A stretch of DNA of 64,000 bases from Eledone cirrhosa (GCA_964016885.1 OZ024747.1:248001-312000); one strand, 5' to 3'. Positions 27,337 to 40,288 are shown, counted from the stretch's first letter. Made by a program: numbers and translations. The notes: generated by a model not told the origin, from the letters alone.

Positions 27337-28302
27337 AATAGTGGACACCTTCTGTTACCTGGGTGACAAAATCAGTAGAGGTGGAGGGTGCTCTGAAAGT
27401 ACAGTCGCTAGAGTCAGAACAGGATGGAAAAAGTTCAGAGAGCTTATACCACTATTGGCCACTAAAGGTTTCTCTCTAAAAATGAAAGGCAGGCTGTATG
27501 ATGCCTGCATACGAACAGCAATGTTACATGGCAGTGAGACTTGGACCTTGTGTGCAAAGGATCTACGCAGACTGGAGAGGAAAGAAGCTTGCATGCTCCG
27601 TTGGATGTGTAATAGTAATTTTCGTGAACGGCAAAGCATAAATGAACTAAGTGAGAAATTAGGAATAAGAGGGATCAGATGCTGTTTACTCGAGAGAAGA
27701 CTACGTTGGTATGGTCAAGTGATGCGCATGAAAGACGACAGCTGTATAAAAAAGTGCAGGGCGATCAAAATAGATGGTAGCTACGGAGTAGGCAGACCCA
27801 GAAAAACCTGGGACGATTTGATAAATTCCGACCTTACACACTTGCACCTCTTCAAGACAATGTCACTGGACCGAGATCTTTGGCGCTATGCAGTAATACA
27901 GAAGACCCGCCTTGCCTAAGTACAAAGCGAAACCTACAGTCAGTAGGCACCTCGTAACTAAAATACACCCCCATCCCACTACCCCTACCTCCACCTACAC
28001 CACCCCTTTCGATGTAAAGTTATGTTGGTACCACAACATCCAGTCCTAAATAAATGAGGTTGTGTAGGTGTCACGACAAAAAAAAACACACAGTCCACAC
28101 TGTAATGTGGCCGTGTAGGTAACACAGTAAAAACCTCCCAGTCCACACTGTAAACGTGGTTGGTGTTAGGAAGGGCATCTAGCCATAGAAAACCCGCCAG
28201 ACAGTCCTATACGAGCAAGACAACCGATCTTGCCTCAATTGGGACAATTCCCGTCTAAACCCATGTTAGCGTGGAAGATAGACGTTAAACGATGATGATG
28301 AT
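27337..28302 (+). mobile_element. RTE LINE 3' fragment (subfamily B)
   Basis: ORF to 27919 reads EIVDTFCYLGD...RLRWYGQVMR, followed by UTR and tail. Confidence 0.93.
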
Positions 28303-28440
28303 ATATATACATATATTTGAATATATAATATATATACACATATATACATATTTGAATATATAATATATATATATATTTGAATATGTAATATATATATACA
28401 TATATATATATCCAAGGAAAACTTCAACCGTTAAGGTATT

Positions 28441-28481
28441 TTATCTGATGAAAGCGTACCAAAGTTTTTGGTACCTTTGAA

Positions 28482-28492
<11 letters not shown>
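28441..28492 (+). ncRNA. Hammerhead motif with the 3' strand of stem I lost into (TA)n
   Basis: ttat-CTGATGA-aagcgtaccaaa-gttt-ttggtaccttt-GAAA-tatata-TA. Confidence 0.55.
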
Positions 28493-28512
<20 letters not shown>

Positions 28513-28575
28513 CCATGCAAGCGTGGAAGATGGACGTTAAACGATGATGATGATGATATATATATATATATTTGA

Positions 28576-28619
<44 letters not shown>

Positions 28620-28620
28620 A

Positions 28621-28664
<44 letters not shown>

Positions 28665-28665
28665 A

Positions 28666-28696
<31 letters not shown>

Positions 28697-28700
28697 TTGA

Positions 28701-28741
<41 letters not shown>

Positions 28742-28769
28742 GTGGTTACACAACAGTTAGTTCACCATA

Positions 28770-28807
28770 CCGAGAACAATTGTTTCACCTTCGCAGATCT
28801 TCAGCTC

Positions 28808-28809
<2 letters not shown>
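28770..28809 (-). ncRNA. Minimal type I hammerhead ribozyme motif
   Basis: ccgag-CTGAAGA-tctgcgaaggt-GAAA-caattg-TT-ctcgg: perfect stem I, weak stem II, palindromic stem III. Confidence 0.72.
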
Positions 28810-28850
<41 letters not shown>

Positions 28851-28944
28851 TATATATATAGAGGTTATATTTAATTTGTTGGGATACAACAAGCAAAATA
28901 TTTTTATAACTGATATAAAGCACTCAAACTAACCTATATTATAT

Positions 28945-29004
28945 TTTATCTGATGAAAGCGCACCATAGTTTGCTCTGGTGGCCCTTGAAATATGTATAA
29001 TGAA
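28945..29004 (+). ncRNA. Type I hammerhead ribozyme motif
   Basis: tttat-CTGATGA-aagcgcacca...tggtggccctt-GAAA-tatgta-TA-atgaa. Same family as 28441 and the deleted copy near 46529. Confidence 0.65.
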
Positions 29005-29077
29005 ATAAATATGGTTTTATAAATATAGTTTCCATTTGTTAATATATTGTATATATATATATATATTTGAATATATT

Positions 29078-29400
29078 CGTTCTTACTTCTCGGATCTTCC
29101 ACCAATGAACCCTCGTGACCAGTCTATTTCTTCTGCTGTTCCACCGGACATCTCTACGTGGACACACATCTTTATACGGAATGATTCCGTCAAGAGACTG
29201 CTTACGTCACCCTTTTCGTGTGCTTTCCCACACACCAAAACATTTCACAGTGGCTGCCAATGGTCAAAAAGAGACAATATCCATTGACAGAGCAAAGAAG
29301 GCTTTCTCTGAAAGTCTTATTACATTGCCTGACATACCTTGTACATTCACTCCCACACCAACACCTTCACTGCAAACACCACATAACGTTATGTCACATG
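29078..29400 (+). mobile_element. Decayed Gypsy pol C-terminal (post-integrase) fragment
   Basis: THIFIRNDSVKRLLTSPF...FRVLSHTPKHFTV...ETISIDRAKKAF resembles the remembered VFVRxDAVRxPLxPPY...TVSIDRLKPA tail of Gypsy integrases. Confidence 0.6.
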
Positions 29401-29767
29401 AAGTGGCAGAACAGTAAAATGGCCAAGTAAATTCTCAAAAACTATATACATTTAACCCCAAGTGGCATTAACAAACTTCTTTTTCAGTTTCAGATAGAAC
29501 TAGTGTCAGAAAAATCTGTACACTGGTGATGTATAAACTATTTGATTTTTGAAGAAACTTTGAACTAACCATTGAGCATTAATTTTTCTCTGCTCCTTTA
29601 TATTACCTTTGCATCATCCTTGTGCAGCAAAAAGATTTATTCTTTGTAAAATGCATTTACTTGTTTTGTACCTTTTTTGCTGTTTGCTTCAGTTGCGAGC
29701 TCATGTTTTATTCTCGCTACAATCACCTTCGGTTGGTTATTCGACTTCTCGTCTGAGAGGGGAGTCT

Positions 29768-30024
29768 TGTAGCGCTCTCTAGACAAAGAGTATTCCTTGA
29801 AATAAATACCACTGTATGCCAACCACTAATTTAATTAGATAACAGATATAGAAAAACTTTTGTGTATTTTCGCTCGTGTGAACAGTTCAAGAGCCTGTCA
29901 CCAAAGAGAGAGATTGCTCTTTGCTCCTTCCTTTATAATTCCTAGAATGGAAGTTCAAGGTATACTCTAGAATTCTACGGGAAGTAAAACTCTAGCTACT
30001 TCCCTTTGTCTAGAGAGCGCTACA
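29768..30024. mobile_element. Solo LTR (or MITE) with 21-bp terminal inverted repeats
   Basis: TGTAGCGCTCTCTAGACAAAG ... CTTTGTCTAGAGAGCGCTACA, with flanks agtct/agttt (5-bp TSD, one mismatch). Confidence 0.7.
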
Positions 30025-31726
30025 AGTTTCAATTAGGAACTTGATATGATCAACTAAACAACTTTAAAACGGTGCCCAAATATAGTCCAATTTCTGAAAC
30101 CAGTAAAATAATAAAAGAAATGGCTGCAACCAGGACCATATTATCTGATGATTTATGACCAGAAGTGACAGAAAAAGACCTGACGGCCTTACCTTCTGCC
30201 CCTGGGACGTCACAGTTACTGACTCTTTTTCCTCTTCCCACATCCAGGATGCTGCGGTTAGGACGAGAGCCACAGCTTCCGCAGCTGAGTGGAGTAGACC
30301 CTCAAATACTGTGATCTGTCGGCCAGCTACATTTTCCAGCCTGTGGCTTTCAAGACGTTTGGGGGAGTCGGGCTGCTGCGAGTTTCCTCTCTTAACTGGC
30401 GACTCGCCTAATAGAGGTAACGGGCAAATCTCGTAAGGTAACACTGCCAGTGTGCTGGCTTCCCTCAGTACTTCTCGCGACACTGCTATCTTTTACTCTG
30501 GTGGGGGCTCGGTTGTCCATCCCTTCCTTTATATTTTCTTTAATATTGCAACATTAAAGGAATATATCCTTCTGAAAGAATCGCGAGCAATTTATAATAT
30601 TATTTAAGCATTTGTAATGTTATTTATGTATATATTTAAAACATATTTGCTATGTTATTCTACTGTAAATTTATTTATATGCTTTCTATATATTATATGT
30701 ATATACACAGAATCTGGATATTAAAACATCATTTGTATTGTAAAATTTATGTCATTAAGGTGTGATTGAGAGCGAATTTAGCCTCTATTTTTAGCATTTC
30801 CAACGATTGGGTGAAAACTACCTCAGCGAGTTTGTACTTTACACTCACACAAGGCGAGACAACAGCCTTTAGAAAATAGAAATTCGAAGATTTACGCTTG
30901 AGAGAGGCACTGAATTCATAAGATTACAATTTTATACAAATTTATATAATTAAATAAAATATACAACAATTTCCTGCGGTCAATAAATACATCATTAAAC
31001 ATCTTCGCCGCGTAGTGGCAGAGAGGGTCAAATGGTGTAATGACCGATACATGATTTGGTGTGGGCGAATGTGGACTATGTTGTAGAAAATGTTGGCTTA
31101 TTAATTTTCTTAGTGTGGTCAGAACATAAATAACAGATACTAGTTTCGTCAGTTGTAAGTTGAAATTATTTCATTTGGGAGAATGGGGCGCATTTTGTAA
31201 GGCTAACTTAATTCGCTAAATATCCAAGGAGTCGGCCCAGTTTACATCTTTACCATATTTACATAACCTTAAGGTTACCGTTTACAACTTTTAAAAAGAA
31301 TAACAAATACTCATTGGATGGTGTAGTTCTAGATATACTATGTTTGAAAGCACATTAAACAATATAGTCCTAGATACACTATGTTTGAAAAAATAGGGAG
31401 TGGTCACGACTCGACTGTCTTTGATCATTGATCGGATGGATCTTAGCTGACTCGTGGCTAAACAACGGGATCTTCACATAGTCGCTCTACCTGTTAAAAA
31501 TAGCAGCCAAATATCAATCATATCACACTCCCTTCTTGAAAAAGGGCGCGTTATGTAGTCCCAGGTTCCCTGCATATAGGAAAACGACAGGATGGTCACG
31601 ACTGGAATGTCTTTGATCATAGATCTTTTGGAACCTAGGGTTAAACAACAACAACACAAATCGCAGTCAATAACCAGAAACCGATAAACAATGTGAGAGA
31701 TGTTTTAAAGTAAAGTGACTTGTTAC

Positions 31727-32149
31727 CTTTTTGCATTCGGCAAGATCTTTAGCCACTGTTATAGCTTCTTCCAACGTAAGTTTATCTGATCTAGGTAACT
31801 TTGTGACCCGCTGTGGTACTGGGGGTTGCCGACACTCCGCAGTAGTTGATAGATTTTGCCTATTACCTCCACCACCTCTGTCATAGATGTAACTACCAAC
31901 GAGCAGTAATGCCACACTGCCGGCTCCCACTTTAAGAAGCAGACTTCTGAAAACATTCCGTAGCTTTCGTGGTGCTTCATCTTCGTTGAATGTCGATCGA
32001 AACCTGAAAAAGGACCTGGAATGGTGTTTGGTGGTTGTTTTTGTTAAGCAGAACTGAGTAAAATGTTGTGGCAGTTGTCGTGTGGTCCAGTTTGAACGTT
32101 GTAGAAGAGGTCGAAGGCAACACAGCCGGTTGTTCACCACTGCACTCAT
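31727..32149 (-). CDS. LACTB: LACTB coding exon 1 (mitochondrial presequence plus hydrophobic sorting segment)
   Basis: ATG at 32149, Arg-rich acid-poor N-terminus, hydrophobic VGAGSVALLLVGSYIY, ending EEAITVAKDLAECKK|gtaac. 423 nt, phase 0, joining exon 2 in frame. Confidence 0.85.
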
Positions 32150-32180
32150 TATTGCTGTTGTTTTGTTTACCTAAGGTGTC

Positions 32181-32216
<36 letters not shown>

Positions 32217-33889
32217 TCATGTGTTCCAACAGAGACGATGTAATACAATATGATATAGTAACATATTAAGCTACTGAATGTGATATCCAAGTGTGCAAGT
32301 CACTGTGAAAAAGCCTCGGTTTCAAACGGTGCGCTTTCAGTTTATTTTCTTATCTTGTTGATATTATTTCATTATTTGAGGTTAACTTTGCCTTTCATCC
32401 TTACGGGGTCGATAAAATAAAGTACCAGTAATGTACTGAGTTATTGCTGGCCTTGTGCCAATAGTAGAAACAATTATTTTAGTTTTAAAAGGTGAGATTG
32501 TGGCTGTAAGCCAGTTTATGGGAGACTTTAAAAGAAGATCAATGTAGTTACTGTTCCCTTTAAATTATTACAACTTAGTGGTAGGTGTGAAATATATAAT
32601 ATATATATAATTGGCAAATTAACCAAGAAGAATTTTCAAGGAGAAGCAAAAAATGCATAGCACCGAATTTCTTAAGAAGATTAGATTGTTGTTGTTTAGT
32701 CACCAATTCGTCGTTTTTATAGACTGTCTCTCCGACTACATTATTCAATAATCATCGATCAAGTCCTTAAAATCGAATGTTCCAGATGTTTTGATATTTT
32801 TTATAACGATGAATAGTTTATTTTATCTTTTTGCGGTATTTACAATTTTTATTCACAGTTGTATAAATATAGACCATAAACAGTATTTTATTAAGTTTTA
32901 AATATATACATAAATAACATTACATTGTATAAATAACATTACAAATTGTTCACAATTCTTTTAGAATGAAAATATAAACAAATATAATAAACACAATTAA
33001 CTATTGATAGAAACCTTACAAATATAGCGGATAAATATATATGATCAAAGCGAGAAAAATAATTTTAAAAAAAGAAAAGAAAAACAAAATTCACCACCAA
33101 GTGCGACACTCGGTCGCACATCTCAACCGTTATCCAATGTATCTTTCATTTTTTTTTTTTTTTTTTAAATGGCAGGGAATAATTTGAATAAGATCTGACT
33201 GCTATTTCTAGTAGGTCAGATGACCATGTAATTGGTGTTGTGAACGTTACCAGAGTGTTTAGCTCCAGGTGAAACTAATCTATGATCAAAACCATCCTAG
33301 CTGTGATAATCCCGTCTTTACAGACACACTCCTTCCTGACGGTAAGATGAGAGATTTAGTTGCTATATCTAGCAGGCTGAAAGACCACCCAGAGGCTTCT
33401 TTATGGGTCTGTAGTCAATATTAACCACATCCAGGGCGTTGGATTGACAGTAGAATCAGTAGAGCGTCGGACAACATGCTTGACGGCATAGGGTTACGCC
33501 CCTTTACGTTCTGAGTTCAAATCCCGCCGAGGTTAGTTTTGTTCCTCATTCTTACGGGGTTGATAACATAAAGTACCAGTAATTCACTGAAGTCGATTAA
33601 ATCGACTTTCCCCTCCCCCCCAAATTACTGTCCTTTTGATTAAATCAGAAACCAATATTAACTTATTTTTTAAATACTTTATTTTTTAAAAAATAGTTAA
33701 CACGCAACGTTTAGTTTTGCCTGAAAAATGCGAATATGTTATATTTGGGGACAGTCATGTTATAATATTGCCAGAAATATATAGGAAAACACACTCACTG
33801 TTTGGGTTGGTTTTCGCTTTAGTTTATTTTATATTTCTATAACACACGATTTCATATAAAAAAAAACCTTGCAAAACAAATTCATAAAT

Positions 33890-35782
33890 AATAATAATGA
33901 AATTATTGTGTACAGTGCTCAGGTGCACTACAACTCATCAGAGGTGCACGTATAGTACATAGAATAATGTACAAATGTCAGAAATGTCAGGATTGTTGTT
34001 GGCAAGATGTTTAATAATTTTGTGGGTGTTTACCAAGTCAGTTGCCAGACGTCCGAGCTTCAATGTATCTGTAGCGACGTGGTTAGTCGGTCTGGTCACT
34101 ACTTCTGATCGGATCCGAGAATAGCCCTTAAAAGGACTGTTGTCACATACGGTCTGATCGGATCTGAGGATAGCCCTTAAAAGGACTGTTGTCACATACG
34201 GTAAGGGTGAACAGACGAAAGCACAAGTTGAAAGGACGAGCAAGGCGAGAGATGTAGTTTCGGTCAGCTATTTATTTTCATACATGAAGCGACTATACAG
34301 AGGTACAAGGCGTGTGTGAGTGACAAGCGTGGCAGAGGAGAGGCACAACGATACGCGAGCTGACTCTGCCAAAGTCGACTGGCGAAAGTGTTTGGAATCA
34401 CTCTATTTATACAAAAATAATCGTTGTTTAGCCGCTGCGTAGGCATTTTATTTTGGTGGCTTTATGGGTTGTTTGTTTCACGGTGAGGTAGCTAGCTAAG
34501 CAGATAGATGGAGTTGTTTATTTCACAGATGTTATTTCCGGTGGCTGTACATATCCATGCCCAGAGAAGCAAGGCGTTCAGAGTATGGTAGATGCATGAT
34601 GGAGGGTATTCGCTTGGTTGCACGTCTCTCGGCGGTTTCCAGGAGGTCAATGTTTTGAGCAAGATTGAGGTTCCAGACTGGTGATGCAAATACTAAGTGT
34701 GGCCACATAATAGCTATATACAGTTTTAAATAGATAGCTGGAGAGCGGCTGACAAAGGTCTTGCTGAGTGATGCCAAGACACCCTTGGCCTTCTTGACAA
34801 TTTTAGAGACGTGCTTTGTCCGACGCAAATCGCTGCTGATAGTAATGCCCAGGTCACGTTCACAAAAAGGCTTCTTGATATTAGTGTTGTGAAGGGAGTA
34901 TGTGGACGCTGGGTTTTTACTCCCAAAATGCATGGTGGTACACCTGTCCACAGCCAGCTTGAGTTGCTAGTCCATGATCCATTGTTGCATTGTGTCCAGG
35001 TCAGATTGCAGGCAAGACCTATAGTGTTCAGGATTGGTCCTTTTTATCTCAAGGTACAGTTTGATGTCATCTACATATTTCCGTACTATGGCATTCTTTA
35101 AGTTGGCATCTATGTCATTAATATATGCCACAAAAAAAAAGGGGGCCAAGAACAGATCCCTGTGGTACACCAGATGATATCTCATACAGTGAAGAATGCT
35201 GTACTAGAACCGTGACTACCTCTCTTCGACTAAGAATGAAGGACTTCAATCAGTTAAAACGATCATCCTTCACACCCATTGCAGAGAGTTTTGCCATAAG
35301 TCTTTTGTGTGGCACAGAATTAAAAGCTTTAGCAAAGTCAAGGTAAACAACATCCACCCGTGAGCCACCATCAGTGATCGGGCGATGTCTTCAAGAAACT
35401 CGATAAGTTAATCACAGCAGCTGTAGTTAGGGATAAATCCAAATTGCGAGGGCCGGATAAGACTGTGAGTGTTCCAGAAGTTCCAAAGTGTTTCTCTGAC
35501 ACAGGATTCCATCAGTTTGGCAATGCAGCTAGTAAGACTGACTGGACGATAGTTCACAGGTGATGTGCGGTCACCCTTTTTGAACAGAGGAATGACACTG
35601 GAAGTTTTCCACTGCTCCGGAGTAGCAGCGTTAAGACAGAATTGAAAGAAGAGTGAAAGCTGGTGCAGAAGGAAGTTCCCACCACGTTTGAGAAGCAGGT
35701 ACGTAACACCATCAAGACCAGGAGTGGCATGGTTGCGTTTAATTTTAAGGTGACGTCGCAGCATTGCAGGTGTAAATTTCAT
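33890..35782 (-). mobile_element. Decayed CR1-type LINE RT region
   Basis: TPGLDG, NYRPVSLTSCIAKLMES, QFGF, YLDFAKAF, FVAYIND, YVDDIKL, ERDLGITIS and PHLVFASPVWN, plus an (ATT)n tail. Interrupted by a solo LTR. Confidence 0.88.
34070..34551. mobile_element. Solo LTR inserted in the CR1-type LINE
   Basis: TG...CA ends with TSD tatc (34066-34069 and 34552-34555). Removing it rejoins the LINE peptide ERLASLGMD-TLKLGRL. It contains an internal tandem duplication of about 48 bp. Confidence 0.82.
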
Positions 35783-35949
35783 AATATGAATATGATTTAC
35801 AATATAAATTAATAAAAGAAAAATATAATTAATATTCTAGCCAGACTGGGGGTTGGTCCGGAAAAGTAAAGTGGAACGGGTTGAAAAAAAAAAGCGGAGG
35901 GTGAATAAATAAATAAAAATGGTATGATGTTGGCTGTTGGAATAGAAAG

Positions 35950-36195
35950 AATCTGTTTTCCAGCTTGTGCCATTCGAAGCGTTTGGGGGAGCTGAGTCGC
36001 TGACAGCGAAGTTCTTGTCATCGTTAGCGACTCGCCTTACCGAGGCGTCAAGTGATGTTCCAGATAAGGGTGCTTGGTTGTTTCAGCTCCTTAGCCACGC
36101 CATCACTCATAGTAATGTTGCTAGCGTGTTGGCTTGCCTCAAAATATTCCATTGGCCCTTATGATGTATGGCCGATTGTTGCACTTAGTGGTGAA
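35950..36195 (+). mobile_element. 3' end of an RLE-type (CRE-like) non-LTR retrotransposon
   Basis: PFEAFGG...KFLSSLATRLTEASSD...AWLFQLLSHAITHSNVASVLA, followed by the shared tail ccgattgttgcacttagtggtgaa. Confidence 0.7.
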
Positions 36196-37019
36196 AATCG
36201 TAATAAATGACCGATTTAAAAAAACACATCTTCCTTTGTTTTATTTAAGATATTGAATAGAATGTAATTTTTTCCACGCGTTATGTACAAGTCACTGGTT
36301 TGAAATCTCGTAGAGGTTAAATTTGCCGTTCATTCTTCCCGAGTTGATAAAGTACTAATAAAATACTGGGGTCGGTATAATCGACTTTCCTTTTCCACCC
36401 AAAATTGTTGGTCTTGTATCTAAACTAGAAACCATTATGTACAAATCAGTCATTGGAACGTCAGATAGAATGTTTTGTGATATTTGCTTTGAGTCTCTTC
36501 TCTCTGAGTTCAAATCCCGCCGAGGTCAACTTTACATTTCATCCATTCGAGGTCGATAAAAAGTACCAGTCAAGTACTGGAGTCGATTCGTCCTCTGTAT
36601 CTCTTTCCACTTCCATTCTCTCACGCCCTATTCTTCACTGGAAGAAATCTGCTATGTTTAGACCAGGAGAGGAGATGGCCTCTGTTAGGTTTTTAAAATG
36701 TCCAAGAAACTCCCTATGTTAATACAGCGCCCCTACGACTCTACCAGGAGTTACAGGATCATGCATAAAATGCTACCGGGAATTATCGACAAATTATTTT
36801 TCCAGGTTGTGGCGTTCGAGACGGGGATTGTGTGTAGGGATTCCAGCATACGGTCTCAAATGGGAACAGGGATGACTCCCAAACATTCACTCCGTCGACG
36901 GCTTGAAACTTCTTAGTACTACATCTATGACTATTCAAGACATGACATCCAGTTGTAGCAACATTTGCAAGTATGTTGGTCTTAAGATCAGCATTGAAGT
37001 GATCAAAGTGATGTTATTG

Positions 37020-38690
37020 CAGAGACACAACATGATCTACCAGTGCAACGTGAGGACGGACACCTTCAACAAAGCTTATATAGGATTAACCGCTTGTGAC
37101 TTCAAGACCCGGCTCTACCTACACAGACATACTTTCCGAAACCCGGCCCGGCGTCACACCACAACACTCTCGGGCCACATCTGGGACCTCAAAGATAATA
37201 ATATAACATACAATCTCACTTGGAGCTTACTGTCCAGAGCTAACTCTTACACGGGAGGACGCCGTCCGTGTAACTTATGCTCAGAGGAAACATTACAAAT
37301 GTTGTATTCGAAGGACCAACTCCTAAACAAGAAAGACGAACTGGTAACTGCATGCAAACACAGATTGCGTAGGACTTACCTCGCCCTCAAACCCCATAAT
37401 GACCGGGGGGGGGGGGTTAGACAAGGGCTGAAACACCCCACTTGTCGACTTTGTAAGGGGTAAGCCCTGCTTACAAAGGTAGACGTAACTTTTTAATTTT
37501 TTTTAATCTTTTCCTCTATAGTTCCTTCTTTCCCCCATCTCTTCCTAGTCCTTCCATCCCAGATCTCCTTCCTTGTCGTCTTTTTTTTTTCAACTTTTCG
37601 CCCTCCCCGATGCAGCACATCGGTCCTCTGTAGCCTCAGCCCCCCCCCCCCTAATTTTAAGATAGAATTGGCCGATTACGCTTTTTATAGCAGATGTGTT
37701 AGACCCCAGATAATTGCCTTCTTTCTGGTTGCTGCTCCATTTCCGTGATTTCTAAATTTCTTAGTGGTATTTCTGCATTGGTATTCTTATATTAGTATTC
37801 TGAATTAATATTTCGTATTAGTTTTTTAGTATGTTTGTACTCAACTTATTAGCCTGTCATTGTAAGATAGCATTGGTTGATTACTACTATCTATTGCAGT
37901 GGTGTTAGACACCCTGTAAAGATGGCTTTATAAAATTCTTAGTGGTATTTTTGCTTTAGTATTCTTGGTATTAGTATGTATTAGCATTCTGAATTAATAT
38001 TTCGTATCAGGTTTTTAGTATGTTTGTCCTCAACTTATTAGCCTGTCATTGTAAGATAGCATTGGCTGATTACTACTAACTTTTGCAGTGGTGTCAGACC
38101 CCCTGTAAAGATGGCTTTATAAAGTGCTTTCACTACAATCCCGTATTTAGCATTTTCCTCTACCTATTAAACTTTTTTATAGCTTAACAATACCATTAAG
38201 AGATTTGGGGATTGTGGGGATGGAATAGTAACCAGAAATTGGTGTTATTTTTATATATTTGTTTTTTTTATATATTTATCTCCTCATCTTTATAATGGCT
38301 TGTTTGTTTACTCCCTTTCGATTTACCTACTTTTTCAACCCCCCCCCCCTCTCCCCTTCTCCAGTACACTTTTTTCGACCTTCTATACACTATACTATCC
38401 TTAGAATGTGCTGTATAGATTTCACTTTCAACGCTTGACTGGGCTTCCCCCACTCCCTCTTTGTTCTACCGACAAGTTCAGCTACCCCTACCTTCCACTA
38501 AATGCCATGATAGAATCAACTGTTTTTATAACAAATTTTTGACCAATCCTTTTGACAATTACTTCTTCCCATATATTGAATTTACCCCCCTGAGAAGTTC
38601 GGCTATTTATTTACCAGGCTAAAAATTCTTATTTAGTCCAGAATTAGCCGTCGAAACGGCTTGAGCTCTGCCGTCGGGGTCATACTTGTT

Positions 38691-38695
<5 letters not shown>
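37020..38695 (+). mobile_element. Penelope-like element 3' part: GIY-YIG ORF remnant, long 3' UTR and pseudo-LTR (Naiad-like)
   Basis: IYQCNV...AYIGLTACDFKTRLYLH...TLSGHIWDLK...CNLCSEE...LLNKKDELVTACKH. The UTR has a tandem duplication of about 180 bp (37752-38123) and ends in a hammerhead-like motif. Confidence 0.82.
38584..38680 (+). ncRNA. Type I hammerhead with long stem III and mutated core
   Basis: acccc-CTGAGAA (G8 lost)-cggcta...tagccg-GAAA-cggc-ttgagctct-gccg-TC-ggggt. Confidence 0.6.
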
Positions 38696-38780
<85 letters not shown>

Positions 38781-38788
38781 CATACATA

Positions 38789-40221
38789 CATATATATAAA
38801 ACTGAAATTGTCTGTGTGTGTGTCCTAATTTTTGCAAAGTCTATACAAATCCACATTTCTACTCTGATTGACTTCAAACTTGCATTTATATATTCCTTGC
38901 GGTCTAAAGATATTAACTGCAGCTTTTATTTTTCAATTTTCTGTTGTTAAAGGGGTGTTAGGCGCCGGTTAGCGATCTCTCTCTCTTTCTTAGTCTGTCT
39001 TTTTAGATAGATACATAGTTGTAACGTCTCGCATTTATAATATCTGTCTGTATTACGACATTATGAAAACATTGTTCTCATTGCTGACGTATTATCTTCG
39101 CTATTTTCCGTTCATTGCCAGAGAACGTCTTCACGAACCAAAGTATCGTCTTCCCGTTTTCCTTCGGTTGCAACGTTTTTCGAAATATTTACTTCTGCGT
39201 TCACAGATTGATTTTTTTAGTTTCAGAAGATCCCGTTAAGGGTGAACGCAGCGATTCTTTGTTTAAACTTTAATCTGTTATTTTAATATATATATATATA
39301 ATTATATATTCGTGTACAGATATTTTTGCATACATAAAAACAAAATATAAACAAACGTATTTATTTCACGAAAGCACAGCGGCTTATCGTCATTGTTACT
39401 GCCGATATGCCACCCAAAAAGTCCCACTACTTTTGGCACAAGGCCAGCAATTACATAGTTAACGGTTCGGAAATCACATGCATCACTGAGGAGTTTACTC
39501 CTTACTCTACCAATCAGTCTTAGTGAACTTCGCCCTGCTTTTAGGTCATGCCTCGAAGGAAGAGATGCTCCATTGGCCGAAATACTGCGAAAGCGGCAAG
39601 AAAAAGAACAAGGCGTGCAAACGAATCGTCAGTAGAATCTGCTATTCGACGGTCGCAAGATGCTGAACGTACTGCCACCAGAAGAGCACTTGAAACAAAT
39701 AACCAACGAACCATTCACCGAAGCGTGTCAACTTTGCAATGTCTATCAACAAATCCTACTGTCAGACCCTAGCTGTAGCTGGTCTTCTTTTGGAAGAGTT
39801 ATGTTTTTCACACGGGCAACTATACGTTGGCTGCTCAAGAGTGGGAAGCAAGACAAATCTCTTTGCATATGCCCGACACAGAAGAACAAGGAACATTGTG
39901 TACAAGGAGGTGCTACAATCATTGTTTAGGTAGACGAGGCAGAAGGGGATATACACGATTGGCTGAAGAAAGACGAGACTGTGTTAGTAGAACGACCAAC
40001 GGCTGCTATCACACCAACAGCAGCAAAAACAACAACAAAAAAGAGAGGGAACGCAATTACATGCTTTTGAAAAATCTAAATGGAAAATTATTTGCCTAAC
40101 CACAAAATGTAGACACCATCCCCAGACCGAGGTATTCCGTACTTCTCTACTGTTTCAGAAAGGAGGGATAAACATGCCAATCTATGTTTAGAAGCCCGAG
40201 CAACGCCGGGCCATTCTGCTA

Positions 40222-40222
<1 letters not shown>
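38789..40222 (+). mobile_element. Internally deleted Helitron
   Basis: The RepHel N-terminus MPRRKRCSIGRNT (39548) is joined to the Pif1 C-terminus FAMSINKS..QTL...CFSHGQLYVGCSRVG...NIVYKEVL. The 3' end has the hairpin gcccg-agcaacgc-cgggc followed by CTAG|T. Confidence 0.9.

Positions 40223-40288
<66 letters not shown>

Noticed and set aside
30064-30483. GC-richer 139-aa ORF and overlapping ORFs in LACTB intron 1
   Set aside because: No recognisable domain or splice pattern. Probably a decayed repeat fragment, and it cannot be classified without a search.
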